A DNA stretch of 64,000 nt, taken from assembly GCF_009914755.1 (NCBI RefSeq), contig NC_060930.1. One strand, written 5' to 3'. Origin of the DNA: the human T2T-CHM13v2.0 reference genome, Homo sapiens. The position numbers were made by a program, and so were the translations under genes. The notes beneath the pieces are model-generated. The model was given only the letters and a program-made list of their open reading frames with translations. It was not told the DNA's origin and did no database searches. Position 1 is the stretch's first letter. Every line of letters begins with the position of its first letter. Below, in pieces: positions 1-11,559 of the stretch.

Positions 1-251
1 TTTCACAAATTACACTGTGTCATGTCTGAAAAGTAATGAGGGCTTAATGAGCCCACACAGTTCTTGCCTTTTTTTTTTTTTTTTTGTAGTGGGTGAAATG
101 TGAACTTGGTTAAGACCTGTATGTCGGCAAATAAGAATTAACTAGCCTTGACTCTAGAAGTTGCAGCTGAATAACCATGATTGAAAATGCAATTACTCTT
201 TCCCCCTGTGTTTTTTTTTTTTGTTGTGTTTTTTTTTCTTTCCTTCTGAAG

Positions 252-379
252 CCAAGTATGAGTTGGAGGAAATGTTTGATAAAATTTTCCTGTATTCTCA
301 GTGGGTTCTCACTGACAGGCTGTTCAAGGAAAATTCAACAAAAATGCCTGCCATACCACGAAGAGGCAAACAGCCAGAG
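252..379 (+). CDS. Candidate internal coding exon A of an unrecognised multi-exon gene or unitary pseudogene (xKYELEEMFDKIFLYSQWVLTDRLFKENSTKMPAIPRRGKQPE)
   Basis: Long pyrimidine tract (~195-247) then AG at 250-251; donor GAG|gtatgg at 380; 128 nt, phase 1 in and phase 0 out; open frame continues into exons B and C. Upstream exons would lie outside the window. Confidence 0.45.
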
Positions 380-484
380 GTATGGTGGACAAGATCTGTC
401 TTTTAACACTCTGAATTGTATGTATTACATGGTTACTTAAAGCTGTGTCATAACTTGTAACTTTTGTTTTTTTTCTCTCTTTAG

Positions 485-547
485 AAGGAACTTTCCTCAG
501 AAGCGTTTCAGATTACTTTAAATTACTTATCAGACCATGCATACTGG
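485..547 (+). CDS. Candidate coding exon B (KELSSEAFQITLNYLSDHAYW)
   Basis: 105-nt GT-AG intron 380-484 ending ttttgttttttttctctctttag; donor TGG|gtaaaa at 548; 63 nt, phase 0-0, open in the frame set by exon A. Confidence 0.45.
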
Positions 548-1264
548 GTAAAACTGTCTTTCTTAAGAGCCATTCACGTTTAAAATGTGGACATGGAGCT
601 CCAACCCCATGCCAGCTGGGTGTTTTAATAGCAGTTTTCTGGTATTTTTCTAGTACTTTATAAGTGAAAGGGGATTCTTGTATTTATTTTGTGATTATTA
701 TTAGCCCAAATAAAATTTGCCTCTTGCAAAGCACCAGTAGAGAAAATAAATCATTGAACATTGATTGCAGGTCATGAACTGCAGAGCCTATTGGGCAAAA
801 TATAGGGGATCAAAAGAATGTGAGCCTGGTCTTGCTTGGTAAAAAAGGCATTTACCTTCTAGTCATGAAGGCAGGATTGGAGCTGAGGCCCATCTCCTTC
901 AGCCACACATTCTTCTTTCAGACATCTCAGCACTCTTGATAATATTCAGCCTTTGTTTATACTCGGTAGAGCCTAGATTTGATTTCCAGGGTTTGTCTTC
1001 CTTCCCTGACCTGAGAGAAAATCACTCCCAAGGCTGCCAGTTGTGGTCTGTAGGTTGTGCACCTGACTGGGACTGTGTAAGGTTGCCCAGTGCCCAGCCT
1101 GCACATCGACACATGTGGGCCCTGACCATTGTGTCCAGATGATTTCTGCCAATCACCAATCTTACTTATTCTGTGTTGATGTCATAGATTTAATACTCAG
1201 AGTTCTAAAGGAGGATGGCCTTACTTTTAACCCCATGTACTAACCATAAAAGATACAAAGTAAA

Positions 1265-1552
<288 letters not shown>

Positions 1553-2454
1553 AAAAGATACAAAGTAAAAAAAAAAAGCAGAAGTTAATTATAAATAGAC
1601 AATAATATACTAAAGATTAACTGACCTGGAAAATGTATCCTCAAACTTTGGGCATAAAACCACAATAGTGAAAATATGCTCTAAGAATCAGAAGTTTTTT
1701 CTTCTCTTACTGGTTTAGTTATTTATTAAGATGCTGACCCTGAGTTATTTAACCTGTTGAAGTCTATAAGAAGGGGAAAAACACCTGGCCTACCTGCTTC
1801 CCTGGGTGTGGTAGACAGAAATGCTGGCAGCATATGTAAGGCCCAGTTTTCTTCATGGACACAGGATGTAGGGGTGGTCTGGGAAGAGCTTCTCGGCGAA
1901 GGAGAGTCTTGAGCTAGTATTAAACTTTGAATCTTGTGTATTAGACTGGGGCTGTTGGAACCCAGGAGCCACATTTCATAACCCTCTCTGCCTCAAATAC
2001 TCAGCATGTAGTTCTGAACTCCATGTTTTTGGAATGAGTGGAAAAAATACATAAAATTGAGCATATATTGATCTGAGCCCTCAAATTGTTCAAATGAACA
2101 AATATATTCTTAGAATCCTTACTATGCATTACTTACTAAATGCCAGCCATGGAGATAGGCGCAAAATGTGAACAATGAGCGAAACAGAATAGTCTTTGCT
2201 CACTGTGCTGGTAGGGCAGGATGTTTAAAAAGTGATTCAAAAGGTGTCAAGTATTACAAGGAGATGTCCAGTTGCATAATTAAGAGTCTGACAATTGCTG
2301 ATTTTAAGACTATTATTTAAATACATTGAAATACATGAGCATAAAACTTACCTCTAAAAGGAATTGTTGAAACAAAACTAGGTAATTTATATGATTTACC
2401 ATAGATTCTTATTTTCCTCTTAAGGAGAGACTTGACTTGATTGTAGATTCTTCT

Positions 2455-2620
2455 TCTTTTCTTTTATTTTTTTTTGATACAGAGTCTTGCTCTGTCACCC
2501 AGGCTGGAGAGCAGTGGGGCCATCTTGGTTCACTGCAACCTCTGCCTCCAGGTTCAAACGATTCTCATGCCTCAGCCTCCTGAGTATCTGGGATTACAGG
2601 TGTGAGCCACCATGCCTGGC
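2455..2620 (-). mobile_element. Alu monomer (FRAM-like or recombined Alu)
   Basis: Single antisense Alu arm with T-rich tail; flanks TTGTAGATTCTT and TTGTAGCTTCTT resemble a TSD. Confidence 0.85.
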
Positions 2621-2785
2621 TGCTTGTAGCTTCTTTATGGTATTTATTTGTAGAGACCTAATGCATGATAGAGAGAGGATAGATTTTCCCAGGAACAACT
2701 AGTGGAATTGTGAACTTAAAGTTATTTTTTAAGCATTTATTGAACATTCACTAAGTGCAAGAAGATACTAGCCTTGCCTTTAGAA

Positions 2786-3187
2786 CTGCACTGTCCAATT
2801 CAGCGACCACTAGACACACATAGCCATTGTGCACTGGAAATACGGCAAGTCCCAGTTAAGATGTGCTATAGATATAGAACCCACTTTGAATTGTGAAGAC
2901 CTCATACAAAAAAGTAAACTATTTCATTATTAATGTTTTATACATTATATATTAAAATGATGTTTTAGATATATTAGATTATATACAATATATTAAGATA
3001 AGTCTTACATATGTATGTATGTATACTATATACAATATATTAAGATAATATACAATATAAAATTAAGATTATATACAATATATTAAGATAAATCTTATCT
3101 GTTTCTTTAAGTGTGGCTACTAGAAAATTGAAAGTTATGTGTGTGACTTGCATTTGTGGGTCAATTATCTTCTTACTAGACAGTGCT
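2786..3187 (-). mobile_element. MER33-like hAT-Charlie DNA transposon with internal AT-rich tandem repeat
   Basis: Termini CTGCACTGTCCAAT and TAGACAGTGCT; GTGGCTACTAGAAAATT motif; TATATACAATATATTAAGATAA repeated at ~2980-3091. Confidence 0.75.
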
Positions 3188-3598
3188 TCTTTAGAATTTA
3201 ATAGAAAGAATGACATGTCACATCATTGTAAGTCAATGGGACAAGTGGTTTAAGGGGGGTACCTATGAAGTATGGAGAAGGGTGCAGCTAATGAGCTGGT
3301 GTGCTCAGGAAAGGAGGCAAAGAGGTGGACTATGAGATAAGTTTTAAAGGCAGAATAAGATTTTCCTAGATAAATTGTATAGGAAGGCAAGTCAGGAGGA
3401 GAGAGAAGTTGGCCTAAGAACCTAGAAGCAGTAGTAGGAAACAATAGAAATACTATTTTCACAGTTGCCCATGATTTAGTTAAAATGGTGTATTACTAAT
3501 TTAGAATGGTTATTATTGATTTGTCTTGTTATCTGAATGACAACAATATTTTTCTTATAAAAACTACTCAAATATCATGCATGCATTATCTCAGGATA

Positions 3599-3612
3599 CC
3601 ACCAGATGGTGC
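3599..3612 (+). promoter_or_regulatory. Candidate CTCF site
   Basis: CCACCAGATGGTGC against the core CCASYAGRKGGCRS; one mismatch, at the CpG position. Confidence 0.45.
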
Positions 3613-3668
3613 TGTGTTCTAGGATTGAAAAAGGCTGGCAAGAAAAAGTGGCTCTCTGTCTTGACTAT

Positions 3669-3932
3669 CAGTGGTTCCTAAACTTTTCAAAAGGGCACTG
3701 TGATCATTTTTAGGCTTGCAAACCCAATATGTATATGTCCAATTAAAAATAAATTATATACCTAATATTGCACTAATATATTGTGGCAATTATAAGACAC
3801 ACCTATAGAAAAATTGAAATATAAAAGGCTATGATAGACTGAAGTTCTAATATTTCTTTCCTGCACTACAGTGAATCTTTTTTGGGGGTTGCATATCCCT
3901 GAGGTGTGTGCATCTGCCCTTTGAGAACACTG
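3669..3932. mobile_element. Old hAT-Charlie-type MITE (subfamily uncertain)
   Basis: Terminal inverted repeats CAGTGGTTCCTAAA and TTTGAGAACACTG. Confidence 0.5.
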
Positions 3933-4524
3933 GTTTATTTTACAATTGTTATATAATTTAATTTTTTTTCATCTTTATAAAGATAAAGGTAACAACAAAA
4001 AATATAAAACAAAACTTTTTTTACTACATGTACGTATTCAAATATGGATCACAGTTACATATCAAACCATTTAAAGCACTGAAACTAGAAAAAGTTAAGA
4101 CTTTTTTTGCTTGGGGATATTTATATTTTTCAGTTTTAAACCAGATTTGGTGTAATATATCAGAATCATAAATGGAATAAAATAGCAGACCAAGTCTAAA
4201 TTTTTTTCTGTTATATATTTTTTTGTTTAAAAATCAAAAATGTTAACTTTAAAAAGCATTAACAACCAAGGCAAACAAACAAAAGAATGGGTATGAATGC
4301 CAATGGTGCCCATATCAAATAAATATGTAGAATTGAATTTTTCTTTGACTGCTAATTTTCCTTTTGTTTTATTAATTTATTTATGTATTTATTTGGAATT
4401 GAATTTTTTAAAACCATAAAAATCTCCAAACAAAGAGGAAAACGTTCTGACTTTATCAGAGGAATACAATTGCAGTTTTCCCTGATTTTACAGAACTATC
4501 TCTGTATAAAGTTTTTTTCTTGAT

Positions 4525-5313
4525 TTATTTTTTTTGGTTTTTTATTTGCATACATTTTAAGAAGTACAAATGCAGTTTTATTACATGGATGTATTGCATA
4601 GTGGTGAAGTTTGGGCTTTTAGTATAAATATCACCTGAATAACATGCATTATATCCACTAAGTAATTTCTCATTCCTTACCCCCTCCCACCAACCCACCC
4701 TTTTGAGTCTTTAACGTCTATTACTCCACACTCTATGTTCCTGTGTACACATTATTTAGCTTCCACTTATAAGTGAGAACACGCTGTATTTGACTTTCTG
4801 TTTCTGAGTTGTTTTACTTAAGATAATAGCCTCCAGTTTCTCCATGTTTTTGCAAAAGATATGATTTCATTCTTTTTTATGGCTGCCTAGTATTCCATGC
4901 TGTATATATACCATGTTTTCTTTATCCATTCATCCATTGATGGATACTTAGGTTGATTCCATAACTTTGCTATTGTGAATAGTGCTGTGATTAAACTATG
5001 AGTGCAGGTGTCTTTTTTATATGATTTCTTTATTTTGGGTAGATATCAGTAAATCCCAGTAGTGGGATTGCTGGGTTGAATGGTAGTTCTATTTTTAGCG
5101 CTTTGAGAAAGCTCCATACTGTTTTCCATAGAGGTTGTACTAATTTACATTCCTGCCAACAGTGTATAAACATTCTTTTTTATCCCTATCCTCATCAACA
5201 TCCATTTACTTTTTAGTACTGGCTATTCTGACTGGTGTAAGGTAATATGTCATTGTGGTTTTAATTTGCATTTATCTGATGATTAGGGTTGTTAGGCATT
5301 TTTTCATATGCTT
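4525..5313 (-). mobile_element. L1MA-type LINE-1 3' end
   Basis: T-rich tail then antisense L1 3'UTR/ORF2-end motifs (CCACTTATAAGTGAGAAC, CATTCATCCATTGATGG, AGTAGTGGGATTGCTGG). Confidence 0.9.
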
Positions 5314-5538
5314 GTAACTTTTGGATTTCAGAGAACAGGTGATCCTTGTTAGTTAGGTGATCTTCACTGGCCAGATGATTCCCCCGGGTCAGGCCATCCC
5401 CTGGTCAGGTGATCCCTGCTTGTCCAGTCAGCTGTGGTGGAGGCAGAGTCTGGATGACAAGAGTATAAACATGAAACCCAGATTTCAGGGAATAAGGATT
5501 ATGGGATAGGTAGAGACTCCAGCAGGCATCATCTAGAG

Positions 5539-5888
5539 CAGGGGTCCCCAGCCCCTGGGCCTTGGACTGGTACTGGTCTGTGGCCTATTAGGAACCAGGC
5601 TGCACAGCAGGAGGTGAGCGGCAGGTGAGCAAGCGTTACCACCTGAGCTCCGCCTTCTGTCAAATCAGCTGTGGCATTAGACTCTCACAGAAGCCCAAAC
5701 CCTATTGTGAAATGCGCATGCGAGGGATCTAGTTTGCATGGTCCTTATGAGAATCTAATGTCCTAATGCCTGATGGTCTGAGGTGGAAGTTTATTCCTGA
5801 AACCAACTCCCAACCGCCACCCCTGGTCAATGGAAAAATGGTCTTCCATGAAACTGGTTCCTGGTGGCAAAAAGGTTGGGGACCACTG
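5539..5888 (+). mobile_element. MER1B hAT-Charlie DNA transposon
   Basis: TIRs CAGGGGTCCCCA and TGGGGACCACTG; 8-bp TSD ATCTAGAG (5531-5538) and ATCTATAG (5889-5896). Confidence 0.9.
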
Positions 5889-5995
5889 ATCTATAGTAAC
5901 TCCTGGCAATTACATCTGTATGATATTTTAAATCCGTTTTGTAAGACATGTACAGTGTGGTATCGATAAGGATGCTGGATTGCAAGCTATTGACC

Positions 5996-6180
5996 TTGGT
6001 AATCATTATGATACTCATGTGACCACCTTACTCATTAGTCTGAATTCATCTAGATACAAGCATAACACTAAGTCTCCCCATTAAAATCAACAAATCAATC
6101 AATTCATCCATAAAAAAAAGAACATTAAGGAAAGCCAGATAAACAAAAACTGGTTACATGAGTATCATAATGATTACCAA
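5996..6180. repeat. 30-bp inverted repeat (29/30) with 125-nt spacer
   Basis: TTGGTAATCATTATGATACTCATGTGACCA (5996-6025) against TGGTTACATGAGTATCATAATGATTACCAA (6151-6180). Confidence 0.95.
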
Positions 6181-6697
6181 AGCAATGAGTAGACATGGTT
6201 TATCAAAGTGAGGGGCAGAATGTAGGGAAGAAAGCAAGCTGAGGACTCACTGAGGCCAATAAAGGATCTACTTTTCTGCCAACCACAAACCAGGGTAAGT
6301 AAGAGTGTTAGGCCATTAGGTTGATAAGTAGCAATAACTTATTGTCCATGTCCTTGATCAATCAGTTGTGTATTAATAAAGGAACAATTTTGAAAACCTC
6401 TTGCAATTGACCTCTGGAGTGCATTTGCTGTTTGCTTTGGTCCTTGGCAGTAGCTGAGGAGTGGAATTTACCGCCCTCTTTAGCAGCACTTACAGAGAAA
6501 GTCATGCCCAAGGGATTCTGTCATCCCAATTTTATTCATTGAATCAGGAGGAAGTCAACATCTCCATAGCTTTGGGGGTTGGATTCTGTCAGAATGAGGT
6601 GAATGGAAGACCATGTAGATCATTTCTATTTATTTAAAATTCAAGGCCAGACATAATAAAATAAGAGGAACTTGATAAATTAATTTTTGCTTCCTAG

Positions 6698-6790
6698 GAA
6701 AGCACTGTCTTAGAACCTGGCTCACCTGATTTTGCCGATGAGTCAACTTTGAAGTGTGCCTCATTCTGGAAAGTGAATCACGTAATCACA
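6698..6790 (+). CDS. Candidate coding exon C (ESTVLEPGSPDFADESTLKCASFWKVNHVIT)
   Basis: Acceptor taatttttgcttcctag (AG 6696-6697); consensus donor ACA|gtaagt at 6791; 93 nt; open only in phase 0, the phase delivered by exons A and B. Confidence 0.5.
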
Positions 6791-7192
6791 GTAAGTTACA
6801 CATATACAGGCATAGATGGCTCCTTGATGCTATATTTAAGCCAGTGTTGTACCATCTTTTCTGTCTGCAATTCCTGACATTTGTCAGATGAGGTCAATAT
6901 AAAGGTATGCACTTTTTGACAAGGACGTGGTTGTCATGTTAGCTTCTTATGCCCTTAACTGCCATTTTGAAGATCAAGTTTAATTTCCCAGTCTTTGGAT
7001 TGAAGAAAAGCTCAATTCCCAGTTAGCTTTACATGGCTACAATGTTATGACACACTTCTATTGAGAAATATAAAGATAATACCTATGATTGACATTAGTA
7101 CTTTCATGGCTTTGTGTGTAGGTTACATGGGTGTTATACAATGATATCTGTAATGCCACTAGACCAGTCTCCGTTACTTCTGCTTTAGTTGT

Positions 7193-7594
7193 TTTATTAG
7201 TCTGTTTTGCCTTGCTATACAGAAATACCTGAGGCTGGGTAATTTAAAAAGAAAAGAGGCTTGTTTGGCTCACAGTTCTGCAGGCTGTATAAGCATGGCA
7301 CCAGCAACTGCTTGGCTTCTGTGGAGGCCCCTGGAAGCTTCCAGTCATGGTGGAAGGTGAAGGGAAGGCAGGTATGTCACATGTTGAAAAAGGAAGCAAG
7401 AGAGAGGGGAGGGAGGCACCAGACTCTTTAAACAACCAGCTCTCACATGAACTAATAGATCAAGAACTCAGTTTCACAGGGAATTCCTGAGGGCTCCACC
7501 CTCGTGACCCAAACACTTCCCACCAGGCCCACCCTCCAACACTGGGGGTCACATTTCAATGAAATTTGGAGGGACTAACATCCAAACTATATCA
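7193..7594 (-). mobile_element. MaLR solo LTR (MSTB-like)
   Basis: TATTAGTCTGTTTTG...GGCTCACAGTTCTGCAGGCTG...ATCCAAACTATATCA; 5-bp TSD GTTGT at 7188-7192 and 7595-7599. Confidence 0.9.
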
Positions 7595-8495
7595 GTTGTA
7601 ATTGATTACATTAATGGATTTTCACTATTTTACTGGTTGCACTTAGGATAAAAGTTAAAGGATTTTAATATTAGCCTATGACACATGTTAGCTTGGGACA
7701 GAACCGAGCCTTTAGTATCAACCAAACTACCAGGCAACATGTGACTTTTTTTTACATGGCAGAATATACTTCATTGTATTTCCACGTTCTGCAAAGTTTT
7801 TTGGGGATAGGGCACTGATATTAATGAAAATTTTTATTTATGTATCATGTAAATATTTAAATTGTTTAAGTGCATTTTGGCATTATGCACTTCATAAATA
7901 TACACAATGTTATAATTGTTAAAAATATTAGGTAAAAAATAAATATAAATTGCAGTTATGATCATTTCTTTTTGCCTACTCTGGGGGTATGTGCGCTCTA
8001 TTTGGACTTCTCTATCAAGGTCACAAAATCATGATTAGATCCACCTTTCATATAACTAGGGAAATAAAAACAAACCAATATTACCATTCTGGAAGGAACT
8101 TTTCTGAGTCTTTTTGTCCAACTACTTGCTTTTTAGGCACAATTAGGAGGTTGTTTCTAGATAACATTAATAATTAATTCTATGTGGTTTTCAAAGTTCT
8201 AAATTTTAAAGAACTCACTCAATCATGCGTCAGAGTATAATTATCCCAAATAACTGGAAAAGCATATAAGTGATGACATGACTGTGATTCATTTCCTCTG
8301 TGTGGTCATTGTCTGACTCTGTGGAATCAAATGTTCACTTGAGAGCCAGGGGTGCCTGGGACCTGGGAAAAATGCACCCCTGCCCAGGATCCTCATTCTG
8401 TGAGTCACACACACAAAACCAAGGGTTGGTGAGTGACAGCTAAGACCAAGGTTGGAACCTACTCATAGGAGAAGCTTCATTTTGTTCTTCTCCAG

Positions 8496-8642
8496 CAGCG
8501 CCTATATAGCCACTTCTAATCTGCAATTCGAGGGATGGATGGGTGTATTCAGTTTTTCTTCCCTAGTAATTTGAAACCAACTTGATAACAGCTTGTTCAA
8601 ATGAAGAATGGATAGAACATCTGTTTAAATCAACTCTGAGAG
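8496..8642 (+). pseudogene. Candidate exon D: terminal (QRLYSHF*) or disabled internal exon (QRLYSHF*SAIRGMDGCIQFFFPSN/ETNLITACSNEEWIEHLFKSTLR)
   Basis: Strong acceptor cattttgttcttctccag (AG 8494-8495); TAA at 8517-8519; apparent 1-nt deletion near 8572. The 3' boundary is uncertain because there is no canonical GT. Confidence 0.3.
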
Positions 8643-8884
8643 GCAGAAACGGAACTTTTGTGTGCCTAATATTCCCATTGGCTAACCCTGTCCCTAAGCC
8701 TCCGTACCATGGCTTCTGAGAGTTTTTGGCCAAATGCCTAGTGGGAGGGCATGGTCCTGTTGGGAATGGTTTTTCTGCTTGGAGATGGCTTTGGCTTAGC
8801 ATCTTTCTGTTCTCCAAGGCTGTTTACTCTGCCACCTATCCAGAAAGAATTTTTTTTTATGAGTCCACAATTTTTCAGTCCTGG

Positions 8885-9005
8885 AAAATTTTACAGTGTT
8901 TTCACAGACATTATTTCATTTGATGTTCATAATCCTTCAGGGTCAATAGGGTAGGTTGTTGGTGTCCGCGCATTATGGATAATGAATCAGAGATTCAGAG
9001 AGGAT
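8885..9005. mobile_element. MIR fragment
   Basis: CATTATTTCATTTGATGTTCATAATCC...AATGAATCAGAGATTCAGAGAGG resembles the MIR core. Confidence 0.6.
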
Positions 9006-9922
9006 AAATCTGACTTCTACTCCAAACAAAAAGCAGAAAAATTATAGCAGAAGAAGCATATATCATTCTAGTTTTCAGCATATCTAGATTAATTCTGATT
9101 CATTTTTAATTTCAGCTGAATATGTTGTGCTTTCTCTATTGCTATCCTGGGGTTCATTTAGGGTGGAGCCACCTAGACATCATATACATGCCTTGGCTGC
9201 ATTTACATCTCACCCCTCCTGCTTCCCCAAGTATAATCACCCCAGTGCTATGAAACCGATTAGAAGAAAATGAAGTGTTCAGTGCTAACTCCAAAATTCC
9301 AGGTGCTATGATACTGCTGCATACATCCAAAGGGACTTCTTACTTTAAGAAGCCCCCTTTTAAATGAAACTCTTGACTTCTTAGTGTTGCCTCAGAAATG
9401 TGCTCTTCATTGCAGAGAATATTACAGAGAATGTTCTGCTGCTTTGTGGAGGAACCATAGGAACTGTGCACGATCTTTCTTACCACAGAGTCACAAGGAG
9501 AAAATTGGCAGCTTAGGAGACCAGCCAGCTAAATGAAATGTCAGCCAACAAACAACTTAAATGCTCTTGGATCATTTTTCCTCTACTTTATCAAGTAGTT
9601 TTAGTTTGGGGGAAGTCAACAATCTCCTATGTTGCTTCCTTACTCAAGATTTCTCTGTCTCTGTCTTCTGAGGCATTTGTTTCTTTATGCCTGGATCTGC
9701 CACTTCACGTTTTGCCTCTTTTTCCATATCTACCTCTGACTCTATCTTCATCTTTTTCTCTCTCCCTTTATTTTCTTTATTTTTGGTTTCTCTCTTTCAT
9801 TTTCTCTTATATTGTCTGTCACCTTGATTTCTATAAACACGTAATTATCACTAACAGATTAAAGAGCTTTATAAATGATGGTGAAAATTTGAAACAAATT
9901 TCTTAAAGAATCTTTGAATCAT

Positions 9923-9983
<61 letters not shown>

Positions 9984-9995
9984 AGAGAGAGAGAA
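9923..9995. repeat. Compound microsatellite (TG)n(AG)n
   Basis: Directly visible. Confidence 0.95.
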
Positions 9996-11559
9996 AGAGA
10001 AAGGTATTTATTGTTGACCTGTGATTTTCTCAATCCTAATCCTCAAATGAGAGTTGTAGAACTGGGATTGGAACCTGCAGCCAGCTAGGGACCACATCAC
10101 ACTGCCTTCCTCCTAGTCTCCAAACATATAACTGAAATATTATTGTATCTTGCTCTTAGTACCTCTCCTGTATAAATGCGCTCATGCATTTCTTTTCAAA
10201 TAACTGTAATTCTAGATACATTTGCATAAATAGGATTAGAATCTTGCAAAAGTGTATTCTATCCAAAGGGTGTCTGCACAGGAGAAGGAGGCCAGCAGGT
10301 GTCAGTCTCACCTCAGAAGAAGAGCTGAGAATAGTTTCATTGTGGTTTTTCTTCATCGGAGTTTGCTTTTTTGAATGAACTTTCAAATAACCTAAGTTAA
10401 GTTCTTGTTTGTTTTAAGCAAACTCTGGGTTGATTTAAAAAGAAAGTAGGCTATCTCAACCTCATACCACCCCACAACCTGAGTTGTATACGGATTATTC
10501 TCTTGTTAAAAACCCAGCTATTGGATTGGGATATAATTTTATTATTGCTGGGCATCTGGGCATCATTTAATAGGTACTTTGAAATTTTTTTAATTGCATG
10601 GTAATTGAGTCATGATAGAGAAGTGTCCCTTTGGATGAGTGCAGCAGTATCATAGCACCTGGAATTAATTTTGGAGTTAGTCATCATCTGTACCAACCAC
10701 ACATTCTCCCACCCCATTTTCAGCTGAGGAAACAGGTTCAGAAAAGATTTGTTCAAAGACTCATGGCTGTGAGGAAGAGGGTCAGCATTAGGACTAAAAT
10801 CAAGAGCCAAGTGGCTGAGTCTTTAATGAGCATATTCAGATTGACGGGGCAAAGCAACATCAGGCCCTAGTGGGCTGTCTGGATCTGCAAATGTTCACAA
10901 GTGATTATCTTCAGTGTAATCCCCATGGCAACATAGCAAAGTGCCTGCCGTAGCTGGATGAGAACGATGATTATGCTAGAGAAAGAAAGAAACTCCTAGG
11001 GACAGCTTGATTGAGGAGGGGTTGTTATGCATGTCGCCTCGCAGTGTTGTTTCTCCTTAGGCAGCAGTGGCAGCGATGTTTGAGAGGGGCCTATGGAGCT
11101 TGTTTACATAATCAACCGGAAAGCACTTGTCCATGTTGGTCTGTGCCCAGGGGCTGACAAGCAAGCCAGAAATCACTCTGGTTTGTGTTTCTGTAGTTCT
11201 TGAAGATGTTTAAAGATGGTCACTCCTCCAGATGATTTCTGCCATTTGCTATGGGGATCACCACACCCGAGCAAGCTGCAGAGCTTTAGGGTAAGGAACA
11301 GATGTGATGGTAGTTTTTCCAGAGTAAATGCTTGCCAACCTTGGCTGACGAAACTAGGCTTAACAAACATGCGGACAAGCTCAAGGCAGGCCTCCCCACG
11401 AATTACTTTCCCTGGGTTTTAAAAATTGGTTTACAAATGTTAAATGTTTTTTGTTAAAAGACATGTCTCTATAAATCAGAGCCTGCAAGTGCCTTTAAGA
11501 GAGGCAACTAAGTAGCACCCTAGTCTAGTCGGTTAATACCACTGCTGTAGACAAGAAGG

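Noticed and set aside
177-440. 87-aa ORF overlapping exon A in another frame
   Set aside because: Begins in the polypyrimidine tract (low-complexity F/C run), and if spliced at 379 it stops within exon B.
922-965. ttcttctttcag ... tcg|gtagag exon-like 44 nt
   Set aside because: Weak donor, not a multiple of three, stop in phase 0.
9538-9906. 122-aa hydrophobic ORF
   Set aside because: Translation of a T/C-rich low-complexity tract; no splice context or recognisable domain.
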